Assembly: GCF_044704955.1 (NCBI RefSeq)
Contig: NC_091999.1
Location: forward strand, 29,698,001 to 29,762,000
Source: Pristiophorus japonicus
Taxonomy: Eukaryota
Direction of reading: 5' to 3'
Length of the DNA: 64,000 nucleotides
Part shown: one piece after another, positions 11,426 to 25,649 of the stretch
Position numbering within the stretch: the first letter of the stretch is position 1
How the letters are laid out: each line of letters starts with the position of its first letter
Translations under genes and position numbers: made by a program
Notes under the pieces: model-generated
The model's database searches: none
Seen by the model: the letters and a program-made list of their open reading frames with translations, nothing else
What the model was told of the DNA's origin: nothing

Positions 11426-12349
11426 ATGATGGAGCTTTGGAGGCGTGGCCTATGCACTTGGAGCCTGGCTGCTGTGAGAGAAGGAACTCCCTGCTTTAGC
11501 TTCTGTTTGGAAGGCCTGGAGTTAGCCCTGAGACCAGCCCAGGAACAGGAGGTAGGAAGGGGCTTCATTACCATTCATCTAGAGTGAGAGGAGGAGAGCC
11601 GAAGACTGCAACACCTTCATTATTTCAACAAAGAGTTGGAAAGAGGTGGAAAAAAGAACAACAACTTACCAGTGTGGAAGGAGGGAAAGACTTCTTCAGC
11701 CAAAGGTGGGTGTGTTTTGGTGCATTCACCAAAAAGACTTTGTTGTATCGGTGGGGGGAGGAAAGAAGACCAATCGAGGGCCAGAACATCGCGGGGGTGT
11801 GTGTGTGTGTGTGGAAGTGTGTGTGGGGGTCTTGCCTACAGCTAGGCCCACACACCACTGAAGCACCCCTCACCCAATTGCCTAGCCTGGGATAGCTGGA
11901 GCAACCAGGCTGAAGAAACTGAATCACCCTAATTAACATCGTTGGGAGTGTGTACCTGTGTGGCTCCAGCTGCCCCAGGTGAAGACATCTTCTCCCCCCA
12001 CCCGAAGATCACCCCAAAGACTGTTTTGTTTGCCATCTGGGGAATGCACCCACCCATTACTGTGAGGGGAGACCTGCCCTTGCAGCCTCCCTCTTTCCCA
12101 CACCCCATCACTCTGTCTCTCTCTCTGTCTCCCCCCTCTCTCTCTGAGAGCCTTTCCTCCCAATTGGAAAAAAAAGACAAGAACAATTAAGACAACTGAG
12201 CAGAGGGAGCAAGGCCCCTCCCCAATTGCAAACTAGGGGAGAGCAGTGCCTCTTTCAGAGCTGCCGCTGTTAAATACTTAAACGAGGCCAGTTAAGACCA
12301 TTAAGGCATGTGACTTTGGGGTGGGTGTCGCCCTTAAAGGGACCCCGTG

Positions 12350-14403
12350 ATGGCGACACCATCCACGCCGGTGGCAGGGCCAGCTAGGAATTATGTGCAG
12401 GCGGCGTCCACATCCACGGCACCTCCTACGCCTCCTGCTGACCTGCCACCATTCGGACTGATAACTAAAAAACACGGGGTCAAGGGCTACACTCACCCCA
12501 AAATGAGCATTGAGGAGTGCGCGCGGGCGATGGCTGGGGTAGTCGGCCCCTCGGCCATTGTCGCAGCCTCCAAGATGTCTGGGAAGGCTGTGTTCTTCCT
12601 GGGGTCGGAGCGACCGGTGTCCCTGGCCCTTGAAAAGGGGCTCACGGTGGGCGGGACGTTCCTGCCGGTGGACCCTCTCGAGGCCACCGCGCAGAGGGTC
12701 ATCATTTCAAACGTCCCGCCCTTTGTACCCGCTGAGCTCCTCCTCCCTCACCTACAACAACTGGGGGAGGTAAGGTCGGGTATCAACCCCATACCGCTCG
12801 GCCTCAGGGAGAACAGCCTGCGCCATGTGCTCTCCTTCCGCCGCCAGCTCTTTGACCGGCAGGCGCGGGAGGAGACGACGGAGGGCAATGCTAATGTGGT
12901 GCACGAGGGGACTGCCTACCGCAACTTCTGGACGTCGGATGGCGTGCGGTGCCATGCCTGCAGAGAGGTGGTGCATGTTCGCAAGAACTGCCCCGCCAAC
13001 AAGGCTGCCAAACCACCGAGGGCGTCCAAGGCTGGCGCCGCCGCCACCCCTCCCTCTAGTAGCGTCCGCTTGCCGGGAGCCGTAGGTGCGCGGGCATCGC
13101 CGGAGGCCTTTGTTTTCACGGCCGGAAAGAAGGCGCGGAAGAAGGCGAAACATCCCCTCGGTGCGCCAAACAACTTGTTTGCCGCGCTCGGCCAAACCCC
13201 GTCAGCTGCGAGCGCGGGGTGCCCTGAGCCGGTGCCCGAGCCCTTGACTAGTATCACAGAGGGGTTCGGGCGTGGGCAAGACAAGAAAAAGGGGGGAGTG
13301 GAGCGGGAGGCCTCGGCAGGCATGGGGGTCTCCCTGCCTCCGCGCACCCCCAGGAAAAAAAGGAGGCGTCGCTCCAATGAGATGGAGGGAGAACAACATC
13401 CCTCCGCGGAGGAGGCGGTGCCCGCCGCGTGTCCCGCGTCCCCCACCAGCGCCCCCAAGCTGCGCTGTAGGCGAGAGGAATCTGTCCCCGGGGAGGGTGA
13501 GGCAGTCGAGGCTGCCCAGCCGCTGCCTCCCGGGGATGACGTGGAAGATCTGCCTGTCGTGGGGGGCGTGGGGCCAGCGGAAGAATCCGTAGCCGCCGGG
13601 TCGAGCATCCCGGGGACTGAGGCGTGCGAGGACGAAAAGGCCGAACCTGAGCCCGCCCAGCAAATACCCAACTTGCCCCGGGATTTGCTCGACTCGGCAG
13701 AAGCTGACACTGCAGACAACTGTAATATACATCCACACGCTGGGCCGGGGGGTGGCGGCGGGAGGGGGAAGAACAACAACCCTCGCCCCCTACTTTGGAG
13801 CTGAGGGGCTTGGTGGACCTGGAGAATTTTCGTAACCAGGTCTCTCCGTGTTCCCCGGCTCCTGGGGCGGGGGAGGACCCCCTTCCGCTGTCGCCTCCCG
13901 ACCCAGCACCACTTTTAAAAGAGCTCAGTGGGGACTCCTCTGCCGACGATCCTGGGGGTGGGATCGGGGCGGAGCCAGGGCCGGATGGAGCGGCCGGGCC
14001 GTTTGCCGTACCTCGTGCGGTCGACGGGCCGGCTGCTTGCGGCGACCTCCCGGAGGGGGACGGAGACTGGGTGGGGGACGCAGGAGAAGATCTAGAGACC
14101 ATCGCCAGTGAGGCGGTGGATCTGCTCGCGGCCGCCGCTGAGACCCTCCTCATTCCTGTAAAGGAACTCCGGGACTTTTTGGTCCAGTGCCGGGGTCGCC
14201 GCGACCAAGCCCGTCTGGCCCTGGAAAGATGGTCTGAGCCAGTGTTGCTCGTCGCTTCCGTCCGCGCCGCAGCTAAAACCATGGCCGCGGGCGGGCCCTT
14301 ATCAAGAGCGCAAGGCCTTGAGCTGCGCCGGCTCAACGGGTTCCTCGCTGGGCTGCTGAAGGAGTGGAGGTCAACAAACGACTCCACTCCCCCCCCACAA
14401 TAG
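12350..14403 (+). pseudogene. Tx1 ORF1 (ZCCHC3/Tx1-ORF1-like with zinc knuckle), copy 1, frameshifted
   Basis: LITKKHGVK...SIEECARAMAGVVGPSAIVAASKMSGKAVFFL...ISNVPPFVP; knuckle CHACREVVHVRKNC; long Pro/Ala/Glu-rich tail; frameshift near 13765. Confidence 0.88.
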
Positions 14404-14433
14404 GTTAGGTAGAGGTTGCTCTATGCTTTTGCC

Positions 14434-17400
14434 ATGAAGATAACCATAGCCAGCCTCAACATCAACGGCGGCAGAGAGGCACGCCGTAGATTTGACAATT
14501 TTTCGCTCATGTGGGAGGGGAAATATGCGGTGTGCTTCCTGCAAGAAACCTACACCGTTCCGGGAGATGAAGCCACGTGGCTCCTGGAATGGCAAGGAGA
14601 GGTCCGCATGAGGCACCTCACTATCACTTCTAGTGGGGTGGCCATCTTGTTGGCCCCGCATTTTCAGCCGGAGATCTTGGGGGTCGAGGATCCCCTTCCA
14701 GGCCGCTTGCTGCACGTAACGGTTCGCCTGGGGGACGTGCCACTCCATCTCGTGAACGTGTACGCCCCTCAGCACGGCCAACAGCAAGTGCGCTTCTTCG
14801 AAGAAGTGTCCGCTCTTCTTGGCTCCGTCGACGTCGGCGACTGCATTGCCCTGTGGGGGGAATTTTAACTGCACCCTCGAGGCGATGGACCGCTCCAGTG
14901 CCCCGCAGAGCATGACGGTGATGGGGAAGTTGAGGGACCTGGTCGGGTCCTTCGACTTGGTGGACGTCTGGCGAAATCTCCATCCCGACTCCAGCGCCTT
15001 TACTTGGGTGAGGCCTGGAGTAGGATGGTCCAGAGTCGACCGCGTTTACGTGTCTCGGGCATACGTTTCCTGCGTCCTGGCGGCCTCCATGCGGCCGGTG
15101 CCGTGTTCGGACCACCACCTGGTGTGGGCGGAGCTCGCTTCGCTCCGCACGAGAACGGGGTCCGCGTACTGGCATTTTAACACCCGGCTGCTGGAGGACG
15201 TGCGGTTCCAGGACTCGTTCCGTCGTTTCTGGGCCGACTGGAGAAGGAAGCAGGGAGGCTTCCCCTCCTTGAGGCTATGGTGGGACGTGGGCAAGGCTCA
15301 CGTCCGTGTCTTCTGTCAAGAGTACGCGAGGGGGTCGACCAAGAGGCGGGCGGCCAGGGTTGGGCGCCTAGAAAAAGAGGTGCTCGACCTAGGGTCCCAT
15401 CTCAGTCAAGTCGTCGGGGACTCGGCCCTGCGGACGGTGTAAAAAGCGAAGAAGGCCGCGCTGAAGCACCTGCAGCTCGTCGGGTCCCGAGGCCAATTCG
15501 TAAGGTCGCGGATCCGGTTCCTGCGGGATCTGGACTGCGGCTCCCCCTTCTTCTACTCACTGGAAAAAAGACAGAGTGTCCGTAAGCAGCTCTTGACGCT
15601 GCTGGCCGATGACGTCTCTCTCGTCTCGGATCCGGAGGGCGTCAGCAACAGGGCCCGTGAACATTACGGGGCTCTGTTCTCTCCGGAGCCGTCCAGCGAG
15701 GAAGCGCATAGAGTTTTGTGGGAGGACCTGCCAAAGGTCATCCCGGAAGGCGCCGAAAATCTGGAAGTTCCGCTAAGCCTGGCGGCGCTGACCGGTGCCG
15801 ACCAGCTCTCGAGGGGAAAAGCCCCGGGGCTGGACGGGCTGACCGTGGAGTTCCACAGGGCGTTCTGGGACGTCCTGGGGGGTGACTACGCGCGGGTCCT
15901 GGGGGAAAGTCTGGTGACCGGGGAGATGCACCTCTCTTGGCGCAGGGCAGTCATCGTCCTGCTGCCTAAGAAGGGCGATCTCCGCCTCCTTAAGAACTGA
16001 CGCCCGGTCTCGCTCCTCAGCACAGACTACAAAATCTTCGCCAGGGTGATGTCTGCTCGCCTTGGTGCCGTGCTGGACCACATGATCCACCCCGACCAGT
16101 CCGACACGGTCCCGGGCCGGACAATCCACGATAACATCCATCTGGTCCGGGACCTCATCCATCATTCCCAGGAGGCTGGTCTGTCGGTCTCCTTCCTATC
16201 CCTCGACCAAGAGAAGGCGTTCGACAGGGTGGATCACGACTATCTGCTCGGAACTCTGCGCGCTTTCGGGTTCGGGATGCATTTCGTCGCCCAGATCTGA
16301 CTATTGTACGCTGCCGCGGAATGTCTGATTCAGGTTAACGGGTCCTTGACGGCGCCCCTTCGCTTTGGGAGAGGGGTGCACCAGGGATGCCCCATGTCCA
16401 GCCAGTTATATGCCATCTGCATGGAGCCTTTCCTGCACCTCCTGCGATGAGTTTGACGGGACTGGCTCTGCAAGGGCCGGGCGTGGAGGTCGTCCTCTCG
16501 GATTACGCCGATGACGTGCTCCTCGCGGTAGAGGATCCCGCTGACCTGCGGAGGATGCGTGAGTGCCAGGAGATTTACTCAGCTGCATCCTCCGCCAGAA
16601 TCAATTGGGAGAAATGCTCCGGACTCCTGGTGGGTCAGTGGCGGGTGGACTCCCTGCCGGAGGAGCTCAGGCTTTTTGCCTGGAGCACGACCCATCTCCT
16701 CTATCTGGGAGTCTACCTTAGCCCCGACGAGGAAGTGTGGGTGGCGAACTGGCAGGAGCTGGAGGCCAAGGTCGCCGCTCGCCTAGGCCGCTGGACAGGA
16801 CTGCTCCGAGTGCTGTCCTACAGCGGTCGAGCGCTAGTCATAAACCAGCTGGTGGCCGCCATGTTATGGTACCGGCTGGTCACTTTGACCCATCCCCCTA
16901 CGTTTGTCGCCAAGATACAGAAGAAGCTGGTGGACTTCTTCTGGAACAACAGGAAGCACTGGGTCTCTGCCGCGGTCTTGAGTCTCCCGCTTGGGGAGGG
17001 CGGTCAGTCGTTGGTGCGCGTCAGCGCGCAGCTCGCGACTTTCCATCTTCACGTCGAGCCTCCTCCTAGGTCGCGTGCTCTGGCAATGTATTTCTTTCGC
17101 CATCAGCACGGCCCCAACTACGACACGCAGCTCCTGTTTGTGAGTGTGGGGGGCGTCAGGACCGCCCTCCGGGAGCTGCCTGTCTTTTACAAGGAACTCA
17201 TCAGGGTCTGGAACAGAGTCTCCAGCAAGCCCAGCTCTGCACCAGCTGGAGTGGCGGCCGTCCTGCAGGAGCCGCTGCTCGCGAATCCGTACCTCCACGA
17301 CCGAGGTTTTTTGTGGCGGTCGGATGAGAAGGCTGTGGCTGGTGAGGTGACCAGGGTCCGGGACCTGCTCGATGGTGGAGGAGCGGGCTGCATGGCACCA

Positions 17401-18308
17401 GACCGCTGGCGCGGCGCCTAAATTCTGCCAACGTCCGCAACGAGGCCGATGCCATCGAGTCGCTAAAAAGAGCTCTGGGCCCTGACTCCGTTTGGTGCAT
17501 CGAGGAGGCTCAAGCACGTGGGGAGAGCCCTTCCGAACTGACCCCCGTCCGGACGGAATTCCTCCTTGGCGCCAAACCCCGGAACCTCCCTCGGGAGCAG
17601 GCGCCTCACAACTTGAGCCGCCCCGGGGAAATCCCCTCCGTGCCTTTCAGTTCCGCACGGAGGGGTTTCCTGTACGGGCTGCTCCTGCACACTCTCAACT
17701 TTGCCAACCTCGCCTGCCTTCCGGACACGCCATGGCGTACCATCTTGCCGTCCGGAGGAGGCGGGGGTCACCGATGGAGGGCACTCTACGCAGGCGTCCT
17801 CCCAGTATTTATCGGGGACTTGGCCTGGAGGGTGGTGCACGGAGCAATCCCGTGCAATAAATTTTTAAGCCGGTTCACGGGCTCCCAGGCCGCTTGCAAT
17901 TTCTGCCGCCTAGAAGAGTCCGTCTTCCATGTTTTTATTGAGTGCACGAGGTTGCAGTCCCTGTTTTGTTATTTAAAGGGGCTGCTCCTGAAATTCTGGC
18001 TGCACTTCAGTCCCACACTCCTGATCTTCGGGCGCCCTGTGCGGAGGGGAGCGGGTAGGTCCGAGGGCCTCCTCGTAGGACGGCTCCTGGGCACGGCCAA
18101 GGGGGCCATCAGCCGGTCCAGGCAGCGGGCGGTCGTGGGGGTCGTTCAGCCAGACTGCCTGCCTCTCTTCCGCGCATACATCCAGTCCAGGCTGTCCTTG
18201 GAGATGGAGCACGCGGTGTCCACTGGTACGCTCGCGGCCTTCCACGAGAGGTGGGCACCGGAGGGACTGGAGTGCATCATCACGCCTGGCAACCAAGTTT
18301 TAATTTGA
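14434..18308 (+). pseudogene. Tx1 ORF2 (APE endonuclease - RT - zf-RVT), copy 1, multiply disrupted
   Basis: MKITIASLNING, FLQET, NVYAP, SDH (APE domain); PGLDGLTVEF, SLDQEKAFDRVDH, YADD (RT); CNFCRLEESVFHVFIEC. Several stops and frameshifts. Confidence 0.93.
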
Positions 18309-18492
18309 CTTTATGTGTTTAATTGCCGGTGCTTTTCGTGTCCCCCTCCCCTTTTGTAGGGGGCACTTGGATAAAAATTCAATTCTGTGCCCAAAAAAAA
18401 AAGGACATTGTAAATGTTGGTGTTTCCCCCAGATCGGGGGCACGGTTTAATGTTTTTTGTTTACTCCTAAAGGAGTTTATGCACAAGGAACA

Positions 18493-21400
18493 ATGGTGGC
18501 GCTTTGGAGGCGTGGCCTATTCACTTGGAGCTGTGCTGCTGAGAGAGAAGGAACTCCCTGCTTTGCTCCTGTCTGGGAGGCCTTGAGTGAGCCCTGAGAC
18601 CAGCCCAGGAATAGGAGGAGGAAGGAAGGGGCTATATTACCATTCATCCAGAGGGATAGGAGGAGAGCAGAAGACTGCAACAACTTGATTAATTCTACAA
18701 AGTGTTGGAGAAAGGGGGAAAAAACAACTGTGTGGAAGGAGGGAAAGACTTCTTCAACCAGAGGTGGGTGTGTTTTGGTGCATTCCCCAATAGACTTTGT
18801 TGTATCGGTGGGGGGAGGAAAGAAGACCTATCGAGGGCCGGAACATCGCGGAGGGTGTGTGTGTGTGTGTGGAAGTGTGTGTGGGGGTCTTGCCTACAGC
18901 TAGGCCCACACTCCACTGAAGCACCCCTCCCCCATTGCCTAGCCTGGGATAGCTGGAGCTACCAGGCTGAAGAAACTCAATCACCCTAATTAACATGGTT
19001 GGGAGTGTGTACCTGTGTGGCTCCAGCTGCCCCAGGTGAAGACATCTTCTCCAGCCACCCGAAGACCACCCCAAAGACTGTTTTGTTTGACATCTGGGAG
19101 TGCACCCACCCATTGCTGTGAGGGGAGACATGCTCTCGCAGCTTCCCTCTTTCCCATCCCCCCTCTTCCTCTATCTCTCTCTCTCTGTCTCTCCCCTCTC
19201 TCTCTGAGAGCCCTTTCCTCCTAATTAAAATAAACAAACAATTAAGACAACTGAGCAGAGGGAGCAAGGCCCCTCCCCAACTGCCAACTAGGGGAGAGGT
19301 GTGCCTCTTTCAGAGCTCCCTCTGTTCAAATATTTAAACGAGGCCATTTAAAACCATTAAGGCCTGTGACTTTGGGCTGGGTGTAGCCCTTAAAGGGACC
19401 CCGTGATGGCGACCGCATCCACGCCGGTGGCAGGGCCAGCTAGGGCATATGCGCAGGCGGTGTCCACATCCACGGCACCTCCTGCGCCTCCTGCTGCCCT
19501 GCCACCATTCAGACTGATAACTAAAAAACACGGGGTCAAGAGCTACACTCACCCCACAATGAGCATTGAGGAGTGCGTGCGGGCGATGGCTGGGGTAGTC
19601 GGCACTTCGACCATTGTCGCAGCCTCCAAGATGTCTGGGAAGGCCGTGTTCTTCCTGGGATCGGAGCGGGCGGTGTCCCTGGCCGTCGAAAAGGGGCTCA
19701 CGGTGGGCAGGACGTTCCTGCCGGTGGACTCTCTCGAGGCCACCGCGCAGAGTGTCATTCTATCGAACGTCCCGCCCTTTGTTCCCGCTGAGCTCCTCCT
19801 CCCTCACCTACACCAACTGGGGGAGGTAAGGTCGGGGATCAACCCCATGCCGCTCGGCCTCAGGGAGAACAGCCTGCGCCATGTGTTCTCCTTCCGCCGC
19901 CAGCTCTTTGTCCGGCTGGCGCGGGAGGAGACGATGGAGTGCAATTTTAATGTGGTGCACGAGGGGACTGCCTACCGCGTCTTCTGGACGTCGGACGGCG
20001 TGCGGTGCCATGCCTGTAGGGAGGTGGGACACGTTCGCAAGAACTGCCCCGCCTCCAAAGCCGCCAAACCACCGAAAGCGGCCAAGGCTGGCGCCGCCAC
20101 CACCCCTCCCCCTAGTTGCGTCCGCGTGCCGGGAGCTGTAGGTGCGCGGGCATCGTCGGGGGCCTTTGTTTTCACGGCCTCCGGCGGGGGGGAGGGAGAG
20201 CGTCCGACCGGAAGGAAGGCGCAGAAGAAGACGAAACATCTCGAGGCGGGTCCCTTCGGTGCGCCAGACAATCTGTTTATTGCGCTCAGCCCAACCCCGT
20301 CACCGGCGAGCGCGGGGTGCCCTGAGCCCGTGCCCGAGCCCTCGATCAATACCGCAGAGGGGTTCGGGCGCGGACATGATAAGTAAAAGTGGGGAGTGGA
20401 GCAGGAGGCCTCGGCAGACATGGGGGTCTCCTTGCCTCCGCTCACTCCCAGGAACAAAAGGAGGCGCTGCTCCAATGAGGCGGAGGGGGAACAACATCCC
20501 TCCGTGGAGAAGTCGGTGCCCGCCGCGTGTCCCGCGTCCCCCACCAGCGCCCCCAAGCTGCGCTGTAGGCGAGACGAGTCTGTCCCCGGGGAGGGTGAGA
20601 CAGTCGAGGCTGCACAGCCGCTGCCTCCCGGGGATGGCGTGAAAGTTCTGCCTGTCGTGGGGGGCGTGGGGCCAGCGGAAGAATGTGTAGCCGCTGGGTC
20701 GAGCGTCCCGGGGACTGAGGCGGGCGGGGCCGAAAAGGCCAAACCTGAGCCCGCCCAGTCAATACCCAACTTCCCCCGGGATTTGCTCGACTCGGCAAAA
20801 ACTGACACTGCAGACAACTGTAATATCCATCCACACGCTGGGCCGGGGGGTGGCGGTGGGGAGGGGGAAGAACAACAACCCTCGCCCCCTACTTTGGAGC
20901 TGAGGGACTTGATGGACCTGGAGAATTTCCTAAACCAGGTCTCTCCATGTTCCCCGGATGTTGGGGCGGAGGAGGAACCCCTTCCGCTGAAGCTTCCCGA
21001 CCCAGCACCAATTTTAGAAGAGCACAGTGGGGACTCCTCTGCCGACGATTCTGGCGGTGGGATTGGGGCAGAGCCAGGGCCAGATGGAGCGGCCGGGCCG
21101 TTTGCCGTATCTCGTGCGGTCGACGGGCCGGCTGCTAGAGGCAACCTCCCGGAGGGGGACGGGGACTCGGTGGAGGACGCGGGAGAAGATCTAGAGTCCA
21201 AAGCCAGTGAGGCGGTGGATCTGCTCGCGGCCGCCGCTGAGCCCCTCCTCATTCCTGCAAAGGAACTCCGGGACTTTTTCGTCCAGTGCCGGGGTCACCG
21301 CGACCAAGCCCGTCTGGCCCTGGAAAGATGGTCCGAGCCGGGGCTGCTCGTCGCGTCCGTCCGCGCCGCCGCTAAAACCATAGCCGCGGGCGGGCCCTTA

Positions 21401-24400
21401 TCAAAGGCTCAAGGCCTTGAGCTGCGCCGGCTCCAAAAGTTCCTCGCTGGGCTGCTGAAGGAGTGGAGGTCAACAAACGACTCCACTCCCCCTCCCACAA
21501 TAAGTTAGGTAGAGGTTGCACTATGCTCTAGTCATGAAGATAACCATAGCCAGCCTCAACATCAACGGCGGCAGAGAGGCACGCCGTAGATTTAACAATT
21601 TTTCGCTCCTGCGGGAGGGAAAATATGTGGCGTGCTTCCTGCAAGGAACCCACACCGATCTGGGAGACGAAGCCACGTGGCTCCTGGAATGGCAAGGAGA
21701 GGTCCGCATGAGCCACCTCACCGCCACTTCGAGTGGGGTGGCCATCATGCTGGCCCCGCGGTTTCAGCCGGAGATCTTGGGGGTCGAGGAGCCCGTGCCA
21801 GGCCGCTTGCTGCACGTAACGGTTCGCCTGGGGGACGTGCCGCTCCATCTCGTGAACGTGTACGCCCCTCAGCCCGGCCCGCAGCAAACGCGCTTCTTCG
21901 AATAGGTGTCCGCTCTTCTTGGCTCCGTCGACGTCGGCGACTGCATTGTCCTCGGGGGGGATTTTAACTGCACCCTCGAGGCGAGGGACCACTCCGGTGC
22001 CCCGCAGAGCATGACGGCGATGGAGAAGTTTAGGGACCTGATCGGGTCCTTCGACTTGGTGGACGTCTGGCGAAATCTCCACCCAAACTCCAGCGCTTTT
22101 ACTTGGGTGAGGCCTGGAGTAGGATGGTCCAGAGTCGACCGCGTTTACGTGTCTCGAGCGTACGTTTCCTGCGTCCCGGCGGCCTCCATGCGGCCGGTGC
22201 CGTGTTCGGACCACCAACTGGTGTGGGCGGAGCTCGCTTCGCTCCGCGCGAGGACGGGGTCCGCATAGTGGTATATTATCAACCAGCTGCTGGAGGACGT
22301 ACGGTTCCAGGACTCGTTCCATCGTTTCTGGGCCGACAGGAGAAGGAAGCAGGGGGGCTTCCCCTCCTTGAGGCTATGGTGGGACGTGGGTAAGGCTCAC
22401 GTCCGCGTCTTCTGTCAAGAGTACGCGAGGGAGTCGACCAAGAGGCGGGCGGCCAGGGTCGGGCGCCTAGAAAAAGAGGTGCTCGAACTGGAGTCCCGTC
22501 TCGGTCAAGTCGTTGGTTCCCCGGCCCTGCGGACGGTGTACAAAGCGAAGACGGCCGCGCTGAAGGACCTGCAGCTCGTCGGGTCCCGAGGCGCGTTCGT
22601 GAGGTCGCGGATCCGGTTCCTGCGGGATCTGGACCGCGGCTCCGCCTTTCTTCTAGTCGCTGGAAAAAAGAGAGGGTGTCCGTAAGCAGATCTTGACGCT
22701 GCTGGCCGACGACGGTTCTCTCTCTCGGATCCGGAGGGCGTCAACAACAGCGCCCGTGAATATTACGGGGCTCTGTTCTCTCCGGATCCTTCCAGCGAGG
22801 AAGTGCATAGAGTTTAGTGGGAGGACCTGCCGAAGGTCAGCCCGGAGGGCGCCGAAAATCTGGAAGCTCCGCTAAGCCTGGCGGAGCTGACCGGTGCCCT
22901 CGACCGGCTCTCGAGGTGAATAACCCCCGGGGCTGGACGGGCTGACCGTGGAGTTCCACAGGGCGTTCTGGGACGTCCTGGGGAGCGACAACGCGCGCGT
23001 CCTGGGGGAAAGTCTGGCGAGCGGGGAGATGCCCCTCTCTTGGCGCAGGGCAGTCATCGTCCTCCTGCCTAAGAAGGGCGATCTCCACCTCCTTAAGAAC
23101 TGGCGCCCGGTCTCCCTCCTCAGCACGGACAACAAAATCATTGCCAGGGCGAAGTCTGCTCGCCTTGGTGCCGTGCTGGACAACATGATCCACCCCGACC
23201 AGTTCTACACGGTCCCGGGCCGGACAATCCACGATAACATCCATCTGGTCCGGGACCTCATCCATCATTCCCAGGAGGCTGGTCTGTCGGACGCCTTCCT
23301 ATCCCTTGACCAAGAGAAGGCGTTCGACAGGGTGGATCACGACTATCTGCTCGGAACTCTGCGCGCTTTCGGCTTCGGGACTCATTTCGTCACCCGGATC
23401 CGACTTTTGTACGCCACCGTGGAGTGTCTGATTAAGGTTAACGGGTCCTTGACGGCGCCCCTTCGCTTTAGGAGAGGGGTGCGCCAGGGATGCCCCATGT
23501 CCGGCCAGTTATATGCCGTCTGCGTGGAGCCTTTCCTGCGCCTCTTGCGGACGAGGTTGACGGGACTGGCTCTGCAAGGGCCGGGCGTGGAAGTCGTCCT
23601 CTCGGCTGATGCCGATGATGTGCTCCTCGCGGTAGAGGATCCCGATGACCTGCGGAGGATGCGTGAGTGCCAAGAAATTTACTCGGCTGCATCCTCCGCC
23701 AGAATCAACTGGGAGAAATATTCCTGACTCCTGGTGGGTCAGTGGCGGGTGGACGCCCTGCCTGAGGAGCTCAGGCCTTTTGCCTGGAGCACGACGCATC
23801 TCCTCTATCGGGGAGTCTACCTTAGCCCCGACGAGGGAGCCTGGCCGGCGAACTGGCAGGAGCTGGAGGCCAAGGTCGCCGCTCGCCTAGGGCGCTGGAC
23901 AGGACTGCTCCGAGTGCTGCCCGACAGGGGTCGAGCGCTAGTCATAAACCAGCTGGTGGCCGCAATGCTGTGGTACCGGCTGGTCACTTTGACCCCTCCC
24001 CCTGCGTTTGTCACCAAGATCCAGAAGAAACTGGTGGACTTCTTCTGGAACAACAGGAAGCACTGGGTCTCTGCCGCGGTCTTGAGTCTACCGCTTGGGG
24101 AGGGCGGTCAGTCTGTGGTGTGCGTCAGCGCCCAGCTCGCGACATTCCATCTTCAGACCCTGCAGAGATACCTTTACGTTGAGCCCCCTCCTCGGTGGCA
24201 TGCTCTGGTGATGTATTTCTTCCGCGAGCAGCACGGCCTCAACTACGACACGCAGCTCCTGTTTGTGAGTGTGGGGGGCGTCAGGACAGCCCGCCGGGAG
24301 CTGCCTGTCTTTTACAAGGAACTCATCAGGGTCTGGAACAAAGTCTCCACCAAGCGCAGCTCTCCACCAGCTGGAGTGGCGGCCGTCCTGCAGGAGCCGC

Positions 24401-25631
24401 TGCTCGGAAATCCGTACCTCCACGACCAAGGTTTTAGGTGGCGGTCGGACGAGAGGGCTGTGGCTGTTGAGGTCACCAGGGTCAGGGACCTGCTCGATGG
24501 CGGAGGAGCAGGCTGGATGGCGCCAGACACGCTGGCGCGGCGTCTAAATTCTGCCAACGCCCGCTAAGCGGCCGATGCCATCGATCGCTAAAAACAGCTC
24601 TGGGCCCCGACTCCTTTAGGTGCATCGAGGAGGCTCAAGCACGTGGGGAGATCCCGTCTGAACTGACCCCCGTCTGGACGGAATTCCTCTTTGGCGCCAA
24701 ACCACGGAACCTCCCTTAGGAGCAGGCGCCTCACAACTTGTGCCGCCTCGAGGAAATCTCCTCCATGCCTTTCAGTTCCGCGCGGAGGGGTTTCCTGTAT
24801 GGGCTGCTCCTACACACTCTCAACTTTGCCATCCTCGCCTGCCGTCCTTACACGCCATGGCGTACCATCTTGCCGTGCGGAGGAGGCGGGGGTCCTCGAT
24901 GGAGGGCACTCTACGCAGGGGTCCTCCCACTATTTGTCGGGGACTTGGCCTGGAGGGTGGTGCACGGAGCAGTGCCGTGCAATAAATTTTTAAGCCGGTT
25001 CACGGGCTCCCAGGCTGCCTTCAATTTCTGCGGTCTGGAAGAGTCCGTGTTCCATGTTTTTATTGAGTGCACGTGGTTGCAGCCCCTGTTCTGTTATTTA
25101 AAGGGGCTGCTCCTGAAATTCTGGCTGCACTTCAGTCCCACACTCCTGATCTTCGGGCACCCTGTGCGGAGGGGAGCGCGTAGGTCCGAGGGCCTCCTCG
25201 TAGGACTGCTCCTGGGCACGGCCAAGTGGGCCCTCAGCCGGTCCAGGCAGCAGGCGGTCGAGGGGTTCGTTCAGCCAGACTTCCTGCCTCTCTTCTGCGC
25301 ATACACCCGGTCCAGGGTGTCCTTGGAGATGGAGCACGCGGTGTCCACCGGTACGCTCGCGGCCTTCCGTGAGAGGTGGGAACCGAAGGGACTGGAGTGC
25401 ATCATCACGCACGGCAACCAAATTTTAACTTGATTTTATATTTTTAAGTTCATTTGTTTTAATTGCCGGTGCTTTTAGTGTCCCCCTTGGCTTTTATAGG
25501 GGGTACTTGGAAAAAAAATTGATTCTGTGCCCCAAAAAAACCCCAAAAATTAAAAAAAGGGACTTGTAAATGTTGGTGTTTCCCACAGATCGGGGGGCAC
25601 GGTTTAATTCTTTTGTTTACTCCTAAAAGAG
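18493..25631 (+). mobile_element. Tx1-clade element, full-length copy 2 (~7.14 kb, disabled)
   Basis: Colinear with copy 1. ORF1 19406-21508 (CHACREVGHVRKNC; stop at 20384-86). ORF2 21534-25433 has several stops, and YADD is mutated to DADD. Confidence 0.93.
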
Positions 25632-25649
25632 TTTGATGCACAAGGACCA

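Larger units (their letters stand above)
11426..18475 (+). mobile_element. Tx1-clade non-LTR retrotransposon, full-length copy 1 (~7.05 kb, disabled)
   Basis: About 920 bp of 5' UTR with (GT)n and (CT)n tracts, then ORF1, ORF2 and a short 3' UTR with no poly(A). Confidence 0.93.

Noticed and set aside
12350-13100. Host gene ZCCHC3
   Set aside because: The ZCCHC3-like segment is ORF1 of the retrotransposon, present in all three copies directly upstream of ORF2.
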